From Paraspadella gotoi (taxonomy: Eukaryota; Animalia; Chaetognatha): a stretch of 64,000 bases of DNA. Positions 11,496 to 24,360 of the stretch are shown piece by piece. Position numbers and translations under genes: made by a program. How positions within the stretch are numbered: the stretch's first letter is position 1; each line of letters opens with the position of its first letter. Below the pieces are notes generated by a model, which was not told the DNA's origin, searched no databases, and was given only the letters and a program-made list of their open reading frames with translations. The stretch lies in contig CM119263.1 in the NCBI GenBank assembly GCA_051294375.1, positions 21,684,494-21,748,493 on the forward strand. The letters are read 5' to 3'.

Positions 11496-14400
11496 TAAGA
11501 GAGGAGAGAGAGTGAAAGGCGAGAGAGAGTAGAGATCTGAGATCGTTAACCGTGCAGTTTTACACTTTATTGTGTGTATTGTGCCCCCAAGCTATACTTC
11601 AAGACCGTCCTCAAATTTTGTTGCTCTTCCTAAGTAAAAACTAGAGTAAAGATTCCTAAGGAAGGAAGTTTCTCTCTCCCTTACGCCACCACAATCCTGC
11701 TTCTCTCGCTCTCTTAATTCTCCTGCACTCAATATCCGAATTTTTTTTTTTTTTCAATTTTTTTTCATTTCACTTTCATAGGTCGCGGAATTTAAAAATG
11801 AAAGGTCGGAAGAGGAAGAGAAGAACAAGAAATAAGTGTTGAAACCACGTGGCAGTCCGACGACGACGAGACGACGACTGACGGACGATAACCACGGAGA
11901 CGAAGATTTCCCCGAAATCTCATCGGCTCTGGCCTCGAGAGCCGCGGGAAGTTATCGTGCTCTTGAAACGCCGCTCTCAGACGAAGAATCGATTCGCGAC
12001 GACGCCTACAATTGGATCGGACGACGTGACGTCGCCAAGAGAGTCGACGCCAGGGAACCGACGCCTAAAGCGCCGCCTCTCGTCAAAGATATGTCTCTCG
12101 GACGCCGCGCATCGGCAATTGAACGCGGTATATCTTTGGCGCGGCGCCCGATCGAGAGATCGAATTGGGAAAATGAAGCAACCGAAGCGACGACAACAAC
12201 AAGAGGGGGCCGTTTGTCGCGATGTGATCGAAGGGCCAAAAACGACGTTTTGAGATCATCGCGGATTCAGGGGAATCGCACGCCTTCACATAGTCGTGCC
12301 GGCGTCCGCTAGCGACCGGGCAGCTTCGCTGCATGGGCCCAGCCTGAACCACAGGCGTCGCGTCGAACCTTCTTCGACACATCCTCAGCGTCCTTCGCAG
12401 TCGATATCGCAATGATCGTCGCGCGTCACTTCACCGGGCTTTCCGCGTTAGTCTCTACAGACCGTGTCGAAGGCCGTCCCGCCGCAGGCCCAGCCGCACG
12501 GTCGACGCTCCGCTACAAACACGGCTATCCAGCCGATGACCGTCCGAGTCGAAGCGAGTTGTCGATCCCGGTCCTCGAGCGCGCCGAGGTATAACCCATC
12601 GGTCCACCGAGACGACGCCAGCCATGTAAAAGGACTTCCGCGCGAGCGAACACATTTTGCGGCGCAGGCGGCGATCTCGAAAGCGGTCTGATTCGGGCTC
12701 TGGCAGGTCGTAGCGGAAAGAGTCGCATCCGATCTGAGGCACGAAGGTATGACAGATCTGCATGCGGAGCGTTCTGTCGCAGTACAAGCTCCGGTACCTA
12801 AACAGTCTTGTATACCGAAGCTCGGCTCCGAACCAAGGACGGCGCCAACGGCCAAGTGCTCGGACTAAACGGAGACGGAACGCCAAGCACGTGTGCGAGT
12901 GGAGGGAGGAGAACGACACAGCTGTTTCGCGAGCGGCCCGGACGCGCGATGCCCGCCGAAGAAACGCCAGCTTTTAAATATAGGACCGGGGACGTTTGAC
13001 GCGGGAGGCGAGCGGAATTAGGCGAGGTCGCGAGGCGAATAAAGGCGTGCAATCTGAGGGCGAAAGGTGAAGATCTGATGTAGTTACGGGAAAACCCGTC
13101 CGACCTAGCGGAGGAACGGGAGAAAACTTGAAGGCGGATTGCGGCGCGGTGTTTATTTAAATCTAGGACTAGCATGACGAAACGAGAGAGGTTTTATAAT
13201 CTGATACGTGTCCAATGGTTTAGGAATTTATGTTGGCGATATTTGCTATTTGTTTAAGTGTAAAAGAATCCAGGACCATAAATATAGAAAAATTAACTAA
13301 AATCTTCGGAAAAATCCAACCCTTTGAAATTTTTTCGCCAAAGAGATTTTACCCGAATCTGACTCCCGGTTTAAAAAAACACTAAGAATTCCGATCCGTT
13401 AGCTGCTCTTTTACTTTTACTTTTACTTTAAATCACTTTACCATGATCATATCATATTAAAATAAATAAAATGTAAATACAAATTTTGAGAGCCCTTCAG
13501 ACATATGGCTTTCAGATTCCTGAATTTGAAGTTTATTGTAAAATCAACAACTTACCATGGTTTACATTGTATTGAAATTCAGAAATCCCTTTATTTTATA
13601 TATATAAAAATCGCGTCAAAATATTTTCTCCCGAGCGGACAGTCCATTTGAATCTGATAGTTTGATGTCAAATGATGTTATTTGACAAGTTTAGGATTTC
13701 CTAAAGGCGGCCGCTTGCAGTCACTTAGTATTTGAGATTTTTTTACTGTCTCAATCAAGCAATCAATAAGCGAATTTTATGCATTTTTAACGTAAGTGGG
13801 AACAGATCGACGACAACTGACCTGACCGACAGACCGACCGAAAATAGAGTACTCGGCGGCGCAACTAAAAGTCGGGGCAGAAAATCTTCGGCGCCGCTGG
13901 GAACGCAGGCGCCGGGCCGCCGCCGGTGCCCAGTGTGCAGTTTTAGTCGACGCAACATAAATCCGATTCTGTCGCTAAGAAAATGTGGATGCTTATAGTA
14001 TAATATATCGACCGAATGTTCTAATAATTTCTTTAAAATACAGTAAAAAAAACTGGATTGCGCCTCAAGTGATTAGGAGTTTTGTTACGTATCTATTTTG
14101 CTTTAGGCATGGAAGTGGACATGGAAACGGATTTAAAAAACTGTTGACAACATTTATTTTATTGTTTACTCTGATCTGAATATTTGATCATCCTTTATCC
14201 ATAAAATCGTTACGTTATGTCATATTCACCTGAAATTGTACACTTAATAACTAATATGTAAATAACAAAAACAAAGAATTATCCAATGTTTCATAGATGT
14301 AACCATTTAGGAACATTGACCTGCTTCTCTCCTCCCCCACATCGATAGAATAGTTCCATCGTTATTCTCCTTCTAGTCCCCCTCTCACTTCCGCTTTTCT

Positions 14401-15569
14401 CTCTCAATAAGATATAAGTGAATCGCCTATCACAAAACCCATTTCAAAATCCTCTTTTCCTTTTTTCTTTCAATTTCCGCTGCGCGTCGCTGTTTATTTA
14501 CTTTTGCCCTCTCTCCTTTTTGTTTTCTCGACCCTGAAATTCATCTTTTCTTTTTCATCCATTCCTTTCCTATTTTTCCGATTTTCCTTCTCTCTGGCCT
14601 CCCCCCTTACTTTCCCTCCTGTTTTCTTTTTTGTACCTTTCCTTTTCTTTCCTTTTTCCTCACTTATCTTTGATTTCCGAAATTCTTCTTAATCTCCCAA
14701 TCTTCTCCCAAAACATTTTTATCATTTCCCCTTTTTCTTGCCCTTACTATTCCCCGCCTCTATGCTCTCTTATCTCTACAAGGAGATCCACGGTTACGAC
14801 CTCAAAAGAATTTAATAGGCTCAGTAACGCAATTTAAACACTATTTTTAATATGGTTGTTTTTCTGCTTTGAACTTCACTCTCTGCTATTCAATGCAGAT
14901 CTTGCCAATTGTAAATTTTTTTATGAGCCGGACATGGTAAAGGGCTTCCTTTTTTGTTGCACGTCGTCTATTGGTCGCATGAATGTTACTTTAAAAGAGT
15001 AGAACATGTCAAGTTGAAGTTGTTGTTCAAAGATTTAAAAAAAATCAAAGATTCTTTCCCGCCTAAAAAAATGTCAAGTTTTTGCACTGTATATATGAAG
15101 TGACTATGTTTTATAGGACGAGCACAACAAAAATTTTTCAGAACTTTTTTAACTAATAAAATCTATATCAAAAACAATTAATAGGTCGTATGGGTGCTGT
15201 ATCATATATTTGAGGTTGTACCGTGAATTTCCTTAGTATTTCTCTCTATTCCCTTCGGCTTTCAATTTCCTTTCCTCCCTCTGTCCTCGTCCCTTTCCTT
15301 TCATTTGTCCCTTCTCTAATATCCCTTTCCCCCCTTCTCCCTTCCTTCTCTTTCTTCTCAATTTTTTCCTACCCTTCTTCCTTTCAACTCCTCCCTGTTA
15401 ACTCCGTTCGCACCCTTTCTTCCTCCCCGTCCCCTTCCCCTTCCCCTTCCTCCGCCTCCCCTCCCCATCCTCTCCCAGCGGCGCGCTCTCGTCCCGCCAA
15501 ACCAGGAAAGACGCCAGCGCTTTTTGAGATCGGGCGGCGCCGACGACCGGAGGAAGTTGCGTAGTGGGT
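9860..15569 (+). repeat. Tandem direct duplication, copy A (matches about 15595-21008)
   Basis: gagagtcgtgcgtgaatggagaaaaacc starts both copies. The copies are separated by the 25-N gap 15570-15594. Copy A is badly garbled at about 12290-12960. Confidence 0.96.
11798..13175 (+). pseudogene. Garbled duplicate of the 17414-18490 coding exon (probably a low-quality read segment rather than a true pseudogene)
   Basis: Shares DDNHGDEDFPE and EPTPKAPPLVKD..LGRRASA with the 17.4-kb ORF, but has dense indels and an unalignable middle. Confidence 0.7.
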
Positions 15570-15744
15570 NNNNNNNNNNNNNNNNNNNNNNNNNAGAGAG
15601 AGAGAGTCGTGCGTGAATGGAGAAAAACCACGAAAGAAAAGAAATAATGGAAACGGGCGTTTGGCGCCATCGAAGGTTTTCGCCTACGTCAATCAAGCAA
15701 GGGGCCAACGACTCTGTCTGTCTCTCTGTCTGATTATCTGTCAG

Positions 15745-15784
<40 letters not shown>

Positions 15785-16047
15785 TAACGCCTCATTTTCT
15801 CATTCAATTGCAAAACCTCAAGAGGTACTTATGTGATTTCGTTTCGTCTGTATTTCTATGAGTGAAAATCAGTTTCTTTGCAGTAGTTTGTTTTAAATAA
15901 TTAATTTGCTGTATGCTGAAATTTAGGTTTACTATTCTGTACAACTACATAAATGATATAATTTTTGACTATTGCAATAAAATCTTTACAAAAAGAGTTG
16001 CCCGTAAACCTTAACCCCTATCTCCTTTCGCTCTTCTCTTCTCTCTC

Positions 16048-16084
<37 letters not shown>

Positions 16085-16167
16085 AATTATTCGTCACCAT
16101 CATTCGCTCAGATTCGACCTCATCACATTCTTGTCTCTTTTCTCATCCAATTTTTCATGACAATCTT

Positions 16168-16212
<45 letters not shown>

Positions 16213-17130
16213 CTCACTCTCTCTCTCTCTCTCTGTCTCCTCTATTTCTTTTAACGACGAGATATTTGTATACACCTTTCTATATAACTTTTGGATCAAC
16301 TTACTTTTTTATCTAAATTGAATGGCTTGTTTTATTTAGTACTAGCGCTCCCTCTCTCGCTCTTTCAATCAACAATTTATGTAACTTTCTAATCGGTTCA
16401 TGTTTACCATGCAAACTTCCTTCCTTCCCGTCCAGTCCTCAATAGTTTCCCTAAAGGTTCACTTTCTCCACCCCCCTTACCCCCGCCACCCCACGCCCAC
16501 CCTCGGCTCGTCTTCATTCATCCGAAACTTTTTTCTACTCCAGAGAATTTTTCTCATTTGTCTCAATTGAATTTTCGAAGAAGAAGAAGAAGAAGAAAAT
16601 TCGACTCTTCAAAATCAGGGAGAAAAAACTCGTCCAAATTCCGGGGCCATTTTCTAATTTCATTTCGCTCAAAAGAGACGACTGTAATCGCTTATTTATT
16701 CTTCCCCTATGCGTCATCGTGAGCAGTACACCGTGTGACGCGTATTTGTTAATGTATGTAATGACTGTAATGTATATGTAACTTGTAATGTGTGTAATTG
16801 CGTTTGGTAGATTAAAATTCATACAAAAAAGTGCCATATGCCAATCGTTACGCAAAAACTTGCCCGCTTGAGTGCGTTCATGACTAAATGCAAGTGTGCC
16901 ATATTTCGTTTGCAAACTTGAATTTTCTGCCTTCGGTTTTCCCCAGAAAAAAGTATCATTTTTTTTGGTACCAAATTAACCAAACGATTTCGATTTTTTT
17001 TTCGAAAAGAAAATTTAATTTTCTTTCGAATAAAACTTAATAAAAACGAACCTGAAAATTTGTTCGGTGGAAAATTAAAGAAAAAAAATAAATTGAAGAA
17101 AAAACATGGGAGTGAGTTAATCATTTGAAC

Positions 17131-17179
<49 letters not shown>

Positions 17180-17413
17180 CCGTGCAGTTTACATTTATTG
17201 TGTGTATTGTGCCCCAGGACTATACTTCAAGACCGTCCTCAAATTTGTTTGCTTTCCTAAGTAAAAACTAGAGTGAAGATTCCAAGAAGACAGTTTCTCT
17301 CTCCCTTAGCCACCACAATCCTGCTTCTCTCGCTCTCTTTTCTCCTGCACTCAAATATCGAATTTTTTTTTTTTCAATTTTTTTTCCATTTCACTTTCAG
17401 TCGCGATTTAAAA

Positions 17414-18490
17414 ATGGAAAGTGAAGAGGAAAGAGAAGACAAGAAAAGTGATGAAACCCACGTGGCATCCGACGACGACGACGACGACGACGACGACGAT
17501 AACCACGGAGACGAAGATTTCCCCGAAAACTCATCGCCGCCTCGAATCCCGCGGGAAATTATCGTCTCTTTGAACGCCGCCTCCAACGAAGAATCGATCG
17601 ACGACGCCGTAAAATGGAACGACGACGTCGCCAAGAGAGTCGACGCCACGGAACCGACGCCTAAAGCGCCGCCTCTCGTCAAAGACTATTCTCTCGGACG
17701 CCGCGCATCGGCAATGAACGCCGGTATATCTTTGGCGCCGCCCGATCGAGAGATCGAATTGGGAAAAGAAGCAACCGAAGCGACGACAACAACAAGAGTG
17801 GCGTTTGTCGCGATCGATCCGAGGCCAAAAACGACGTTGAGATCATCGCCGATTCCAGCGCCGAGATCGCCAACCACTTCAATCGAACCCTCGTTGAATT
17901 CCGGCCTTCCATCGCCGCTCAGCCGCCACGGCGCCGACCTTCGCTCCAAGTGGCGCCGTAGCCGAACCATCTACGGCGCCGACGTCGGACACAGTTCTTC
18001 CGGCACCATCCTCAAAAGCGTCTCTTCTGTTCGCGGCGCTGGCATCGCCCGAAGTGCATCGTCTGCGCCGTTACAATCTTCGACCGCGACGCCGCTTCTT
18101 TCCGGCGCTATCAAGCCAAAATCCGCTCCACCAAAAGCTCCTCTCGCTCGTCGGAAGCCGTCTTCGGCTCCTGCGAAGCCCAAGACGCCCAAATCGGTCA
18201 AGTCGCTCGGCTCAAAAAAGACGACGCCGCCACGTGTCGCCGAGTCGGAGGCGGAGGCGTCTAGCATCGATCCTCGCGTCCTTCGTCTCCGCGAGGCGAT
18301 CGCCTCCGACGCCGCCAATTCGCCCGCCCACCCGAAGAAACGACGCCAGCCTTTTAAAAAAGGCAGCTTCCGCCGCGACGATGCGGCTGAGGCGGCGGAG
18401 GCGGAAGAAGCGGAGATTGGGCGGAGGTCGTCGAGGGCGGAAAGCGCTCCATCTGAAGGGACGAAAGGTGAAAGAATCTTGCAATCGTAG
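17414..18490 (+). CDS. Unknown low-complexity (acidic N-terminus, Ser/Pro/Lys-rich) protein, large exon
   Basis: GC-rich open frame of about 360 codons (MESEEEREDKKSDETH...) just after a pyrimidine tract and cag at 17400. No recognisable domain. The 3' end may be frameshifted (alternative stop at 18620). Confidence 0.6.
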   Translation: MESEEEREDKKSDETHVASDDDDDDDDDDNHGDEDFPENSSPPRIPREIIVSLNAASNEESIDDAVKWNDDVAKRVDATEPTPKAPPLVKDYSLGRRASAMNAGISLAPPDREIELGKEATEATTTTRVAFVAIDPRPKTTLRSSPIPAPRSPTTSIEPSLNSGLPSPLSRHGADLRSKWRRSRTIYGADVGHSSSGTILKSVSSVRGAGIARSASSAPLQSSTATPLLSGAIKPKSAPPKAPLARRKPSSAPAKPKTPKSVKSLGSKKTTPPRVAESEAEASSIDPRVLRLREAIASDAANSPAHPKKRRQPFKKGSFRRDDAAEAAEAEEAEIGRRSSRAESAPSEGTKGERILQS

Positions 18491-19234
18491 TATACAACTG
18501 GGTAAATATAAAGAACCCCGTCCTCGACCTAGCGGAGAGGGAGAAGACGTTGGGAGAGAAACCGTACTGAAGGCCGGGATCGCGGGCGCGGTAAAGTTTA
18601 TAAATAGGACTAAGCTCTGACGAAAAAAGCCAGAGAGAGGTTTTTTTAATATATTCTTATACCGGCCAATGTAGAATTATGGCAATATTGCTATTGTTAA
18701 GTTTAAAAAAATCCGACCATAAATATAGAAAATATTAACTAAAATCTTCGGAAAATCCAACCCTTTGAAATTTTTTCGCCAAAGAAGATTTTACCCGAAT
18801 CTGACTCCCGGTTAAAAACACTAAGAATTCCGATCGTTAGCTGCTCTTTTACTTTTACTTTTACTTTAAATCACTTTACCATGATCATATCATATTAAAA
18901 TAATAAAATGTAAATACAAATTTTGAGAGCCCTTCAGACATATGGCTATCAGATTCCTGAATTTGAAGTTTATTGTAAAATCACAACTTACCATGCGTTT
19001 ACATTGTATTGAAATTCAGAAATCCCTTTATTTTATATATAAAAATCGCGTCAAAAATATTTTCCCGAGCGGACCAGTCCATTTGAATCTGATAGTTTGA
19101 TGTCAAAATGATGGTTATTTGACAAGTTTTAGGATTTCCTAAAGGCGGCGCTTGCAGTCACTTAGATTTGAGATTTTTTACTGTCTCAATCAAGCAATCA
19201 ATAAGCGAATTTTATGCATTTTTAACGTAAGTGG

Positions 19235-19305
19235 GACAGATCGACGGACAGACTGACCGACCGACAGACCGACCGAAAATAGAGTACTCGCGGCGCAACT
19301 AAAAG
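19235..19305 (-). mobile_element. 5' fragment of HINE/Helentron family 2 (also at about 13800-13870)
   Basis: The reverse complement ttttagttgcgccgcgagtactct...tcggtcggtctgtcggtc matches the start of the element at 58718. Confidence 0.6.
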
Positions 19306-20920
19306 TCGGGGCAGAAATCTTCGGCGCCGCTGGAAACGCAGGCGCCGGGGCCGCCGCGGTGCCCAGGTGCAGTTTTAGTCGACGCAACATAAATCCGATT
19401 CTGTCGTAAGAAAATGTGGATGCTATATAGTATAATATATCGACCGAATGTTCTAATAATTTCTTTAAAATACAAGTAAAAAAACTGGATTCGCCTCAAG
19501 TGATTCAGGAGTTTGTTACGTATCTATTTTGCTTTAGGCATGGAAGTGACATGGAAACGGATTTAAAAAAACTGTTGACAACATTATTTTATTGTTTACT
19601 CTGATCTGAATATTTGATCATCCTTTATCCATAAAATCGTTAACGTTATGTCATATCACTGAAATTGTACACTTAATAACTAATATGTAAGTAACAAAAA
19701 CAAAGAATTATCCCAATGTTCATAAGATGTAACCATTTAGGAACATTGACCTGCTTCTCTCCTCCCCCACATCGATAGAATCGTTCCATCGTTATTCTCC
19801 TTCTAAGTCCCCCTCTCACTTCCGCTTTTCTTCTCTCAATAAGATATAAGTGAATCGCCTATCACAAAACCCATTTCAAAATCTCTTTTCCTTTTTTCTT
19901 TCAATTTCCGCTCGGCGTCGCTGTTTATTTACTTTTGCCCTCTCTCCCTTTTTGTTTTCTCGACCCTGAAATTCATCTTTTCTTTTTCATCCAATTCCTT
20001 TCCTATTTTTCCGATTTATCCTTCTCTCTGGCCTCCCCCCTTACTTTTCCCCTCCTGTTTTCCTTTTATTTGTACCTTTTCCTTTTCTTTCCTTTTTTCC
20101 CTCACTTATCTTTGATTTCCGAAATTCTTCTTAATCTCCCAATCTTCTCCCAAACATTTTATCATTTCCCCTTTTTCTTGCCCTTACTATTCCCCGCCTC
20201 TATGCTCTCTTTATCTCTACAAGGAGATCCACGGTTACCGACCTCAAAAGAATTTTAATAGCTCAGTAACCAATTTAAACACTATTTTCATTAATATGGT
20301 TGTTTTCTGCTTTGAACTTCACTCTCTGCTATTCAATGCAGATCTTGCCAATTGTAATTTTTTTATGAGCCGGACATGGTAAAGGGCTTCCTTTTTTGTT
20401 GCACGTCGTCTATTGGTCGCATGAATGTTACTTTAAAAGAGTAGAACATGTCAAGTTGAAGTTTTGTTCAAAGAATTTAAAAAAATCAAGATTCTTTCCC
20501 GCCTAAAAAAATGTCAAGTTTTTGCACTGTAATATATGAAGTGACTATGTTTTATAGGACGAGCACAACAAAAATTTTCAGAACTTTTTTAACTAATAAA
20601 ATCTATATCAAAACAATTAATAGGTCGTATGGGTGCTGTAGTCATATATTTGAGGTTGGTACCCGTGAATTTCCTTGTATTTCTCTCTTTCCCTTCGCTT
20701 TCAATTTCCTTTTTTCCTCCCTCGTCCTCTCCCTTTCCTTTCATTGTCCCTTCTCTATATCCCTTTCCCCCCTTCTCCCTTTCCTTCTCTTTCTTCTCAA
20801 TTTTTTCCTACCCTTCTTCCTTTCAACTCCTCCCTGTTAACTCCGTCTCGCACCCTTTCTTCCTCCCCGTCTCCCTTCCCCCTTCCCCTCTCCTCCCCTC
20901 CCCTCCCCATCCTCTCCCAG

Positions 20921-21086
20921 CCGGCGCGCTCTCGTCCCGCCAAACCAGGAAGACGCGGCGCCTTTTGAGATCGGGCGGCGCCGACGACGAGGAGTTGCGT
21001 CAGTGGGTGGAGAAAACGCTTTTGGACGAGGGACCGGTGCCACGCCCCCGCGCCGGGAGGACGCAGTCCGCGCACGCCGATCAGAG
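20921..21086 (+). CDS. Possible coding exon of unknown gene
   Basis: GC-rich block after a long pyrimidine tract ending ctcccag. One frame reads GALSSRQTRKTRRLLRSGGADDEELRQWVEKTLLDEGPVPRPRAGRTQSAHADQR. No homology recognised. Confidence 0.35.
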
Positions 21087-21584
21087 GTGCCGGAAAGTTT
21101 GGATGGGTTGGAGCACGGTTTGGGCGCTCCTTTTGCTCGCTCGGTCTATCCATCGATGGGGCGAGTTAATATTTGTTTTTTTCTCGCTACAAAACTACAT
21201 TTATTTTGTATTTTATAAGATTTTATTATCGTAAAGTTTACAAATTTTACAATAAAGTTTAATTAGACAGTTCAGCTCTTCGTAAAATTATTTAATCAAT
21301 ATATGATAATATTTATGAATAACTTATTACATTACATACACCGACAAAACCGCCGCCTCGCACGAATGAGATAGTTCCATCCACGCTTTCACGAGGTCCG
21401 GCCTGATATGGGGGAGAATTCAAAACTTGAAGGGGTTTGGGGGCAGTGGGCCGGGGCAGATCCATGGGCGAGATTAGGAGCCGCATTAAGGGTCAAGTGA
21501 GGTCGGAACCGGATCAAAAGGAAAAGGCCGCGATGGAGCAACGTCTTCGGGTTAAGATTCGCTGAAATTAGAGAACAGATAGAC

Positions 21585-21629
<45 letters not shown>

Positions 21630-21813
21630 CAAGGAGACGAGGGTACATAAATAAAAATTTATTTGAAAAAATGATTCGGATTTCTTGACGCTTACTACAG
21701 TAGTGATAACTAGTGATATCTGAAAATGCTGTGATATGAAAGATTTCTCACTTTGCTGAGGAATCGAAGTGAACGAAGAAAATTTGAGGATAAGGTAAAG
21801 CAGAATAGACTCA

Positions 21814-21903
<90 letters not shown>

Positions 21904-22009
21904 TCTCTCTTTCTTCACGGATGTAAGGTTCCCTCTTGTCGTCATCATTTTTTATCGATGGAGTCTTTTCTTCAGTTTTTCGCAATAATCTGTTCTCGTC
22001 CGTCGTTCT

Positions 22010-22044
<35 letters not shown>

Positions 22045-23078
22045 AATTTGAATCGCCACGCCCGGCTGATCAATATTTCAAGAAGTCACGATGAAACGCT
22101 AATGACGCAATTGTTCCGGGAAAATCTTCTTTATTCGATTAAAGGATTTGTTGAGATTTTGTTTCGTTGTAATTTACAGTTTCTGTCAAAAACTTTCCTA
22201 AAGGACCCAACTGTCCTCAATACCCTTAACGCCCCCATGGTTCATAATAACGTCGTTCGCCGTCGTCATCAATCTTCGTTTACAAACGAAATCAAGAGAA
22301 TTAATCCACATCGGGCCTTTTAAGAGAAAAAGCCAGTCTTAAATTGATTCTGTTTTTTCGGTTGAATTTAAGGAACCCGTTTTTTGAGAAACGGAATCAT
22401 CCTTCCGAGTGATTCTCCCTCTTCTTCTTTTCTTATTCCCTTTTTTTCCCATCTGCATCTGTTGCATCTGTTGCATCGGTTGCATCTGTCGCTCCTGTTT
22501 TCTCGGCCTCTTTCGGAATTGTTGGCCATCGAGCAGACGACGTTGACCTTTGTCTTTTCGTTGACCACCTGCGATCGATGGAACCAACACCAAACATTAC
22601 ATTTAATTTGAAACGATGAAATAACAAAGAGAAACTTGGAATGATGATTTGGAGAAATATTGCTCTGACAATGTAAAAAACCCAAAACCCAAGAATATTT
22701 ACGCTTTATAATCACATTTTTTAACATATTTTTATAATTCTTTAATAATAAAAAAAATTTGGTTTTTAATTCTAAAAATAGAAGTCCTTAATTTTATTTG
22801 CAGAATATTTTGAATTTGAAAAGAGAAAAAAATTATATTTGAGAGAGAGAGAGAGGAGTAGAGAGGAGAAAGAGAGAGGAGACGAGAGACAGAGGATAGC
22901 ATCGTGAGACGCCGACCGAGATGGAGAGGAGGAGGAGGGGAGAAGACGGAGAGAGGAGAGGAAGGGAGACCGAAGGCCAGACGAGAGAGAGAGAGAGCGG
23001 AGGAAGAGGAGAGAGAGAGAGAGAGAAAGAGAGGAGAGAGATGAGAGAGAGAGGAGAGAGAGAGAGAGAGAAGAGAGA

Positions 23079-23134
<56 letters not shown>

Positions 23135-23939
23135 ACGAGGAGATGAGAGAGAGAGAGAGATAAAAAGAACGAGAGAGAAGAGAGCAGCGAGAAGAGAGAG
23201 AGAGAGCGATCAGTTTTCCGATAAAACGAGAGGCTCGCTGACGTCGAGTCGGAAAAACAAGACCAGAAACAAAAATCGCTTCCCTTATCGAACGCGAAGA
23301 GGAACATGAGACCGAAAAAATCTGAAAACAAAAGACAAAAATGAAAAAAAAGAAAGAAATAAAAAGAAAGCAACCTAGAGAATTTTCGAATTTTCATTCC
23401 TCACCCTTTTTCTTTCTCCCGCCAACAATGGATGAGGGTTTTAAAAAAATTGGTTTCTGCTCGATTCGCCAGCGAATTTGGGCGGCGGAATTTGCGTTTT
23501 AAAATTCCTGCCATATTCTTTGTTTTGAGAGATTGGAGGAAGAAGATGAATGAAGCGGACTGCTTCCTTGATTTCATACTCTTTTTTTCTGACTCAAAAA
23601 ATTCTAATTCTCTGTACATAAAATCCTAATTTCCGACAAACAACTTCTAAATCTCTACTTCAGGCTTCGTACATACTTTCAAGCTAGTACTTCTAACTCT
23701 TGGCTTTATTATTAACTAACTTTTTATTTCTAAAGCTCGTTCTTTTTACTCACTTCAGACTCTATATTTCCAACTCATTACTTCTACCACTCCACTTTCT
23801 AACTTTTTAGTATTTAAGATTTAAATTCTTTATCCCTTTGCTTATCGCTTCTTTATTTTAAACTTCTGACTCCCCAATTAAATAAAACTCCCTTTCATTA
23901 TTGACTTCCTATTTATAACTCTCAACAACGGTTTGCCCA

Positions 23940-24360
23940 CTCATCACCTCCCCTTTCCTTCTCCTCAATCCTCACTCCTCAGTCCTCACTCTTCCTTTCC
24001 TTCTCCTCACTCCTCAGTCCTCACTCCCTCTTAGTCTCCCCACTCCTCACTCTTCCTTTCCTTCTCCTCACTCCTCAGTCTTCACTCCCCCTTTCCTTCT
24101 CCCCACTCCTCACTCCTCAGTCCTCACTCTTCCTTTCCTTCTCCTCACTCCTCACTCCTCAGTCCTCACTCTTCCTTTCCTTCTCCTCAATCCTCACTCC
24201 CTCTTTGTCTCCCCACTCCTCACTCCTCCTTTCCTTCTCCTCATTCCTCAGTCTTCACTCCCCCTTTCCTTATTTTCACTCCTCACTCCCTCTTTGTCTC
24301 CCCACTGCTCACCCCCCTTTTCCTTCTCCTCACTCACTCTGGTCTACCCACTCCTCAATC
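23940..24360. repeat. Pyrimidine-rich minisatellite
   Basis: Degenerate tandem units built from ctcctca / ctcctcagtcctcact / cttcctttccttct. Confidence 0.9.

Larger units (their letters stand above)
15595..21008 (+). repeat. Tandem direct duplication, copy B
   Basis: Collinear with 9860-15569 and continues into unique sequence after ...gttgcgtcagtgggt. Confidence 0.96.

Noticed and set aside
22339-22727. Minus-strand ORFs with CNRCNRCNRC or QMQ repeats
   Set aside because: They come from a 9-bp tandem repeat (gatgcaaca); no domain or splice support.
23940-24360. Repeat array considered as a possible CRISPR
   Set aside because: No unique spacers; degenerate low-complexity tandem units in a eukaryotic context.
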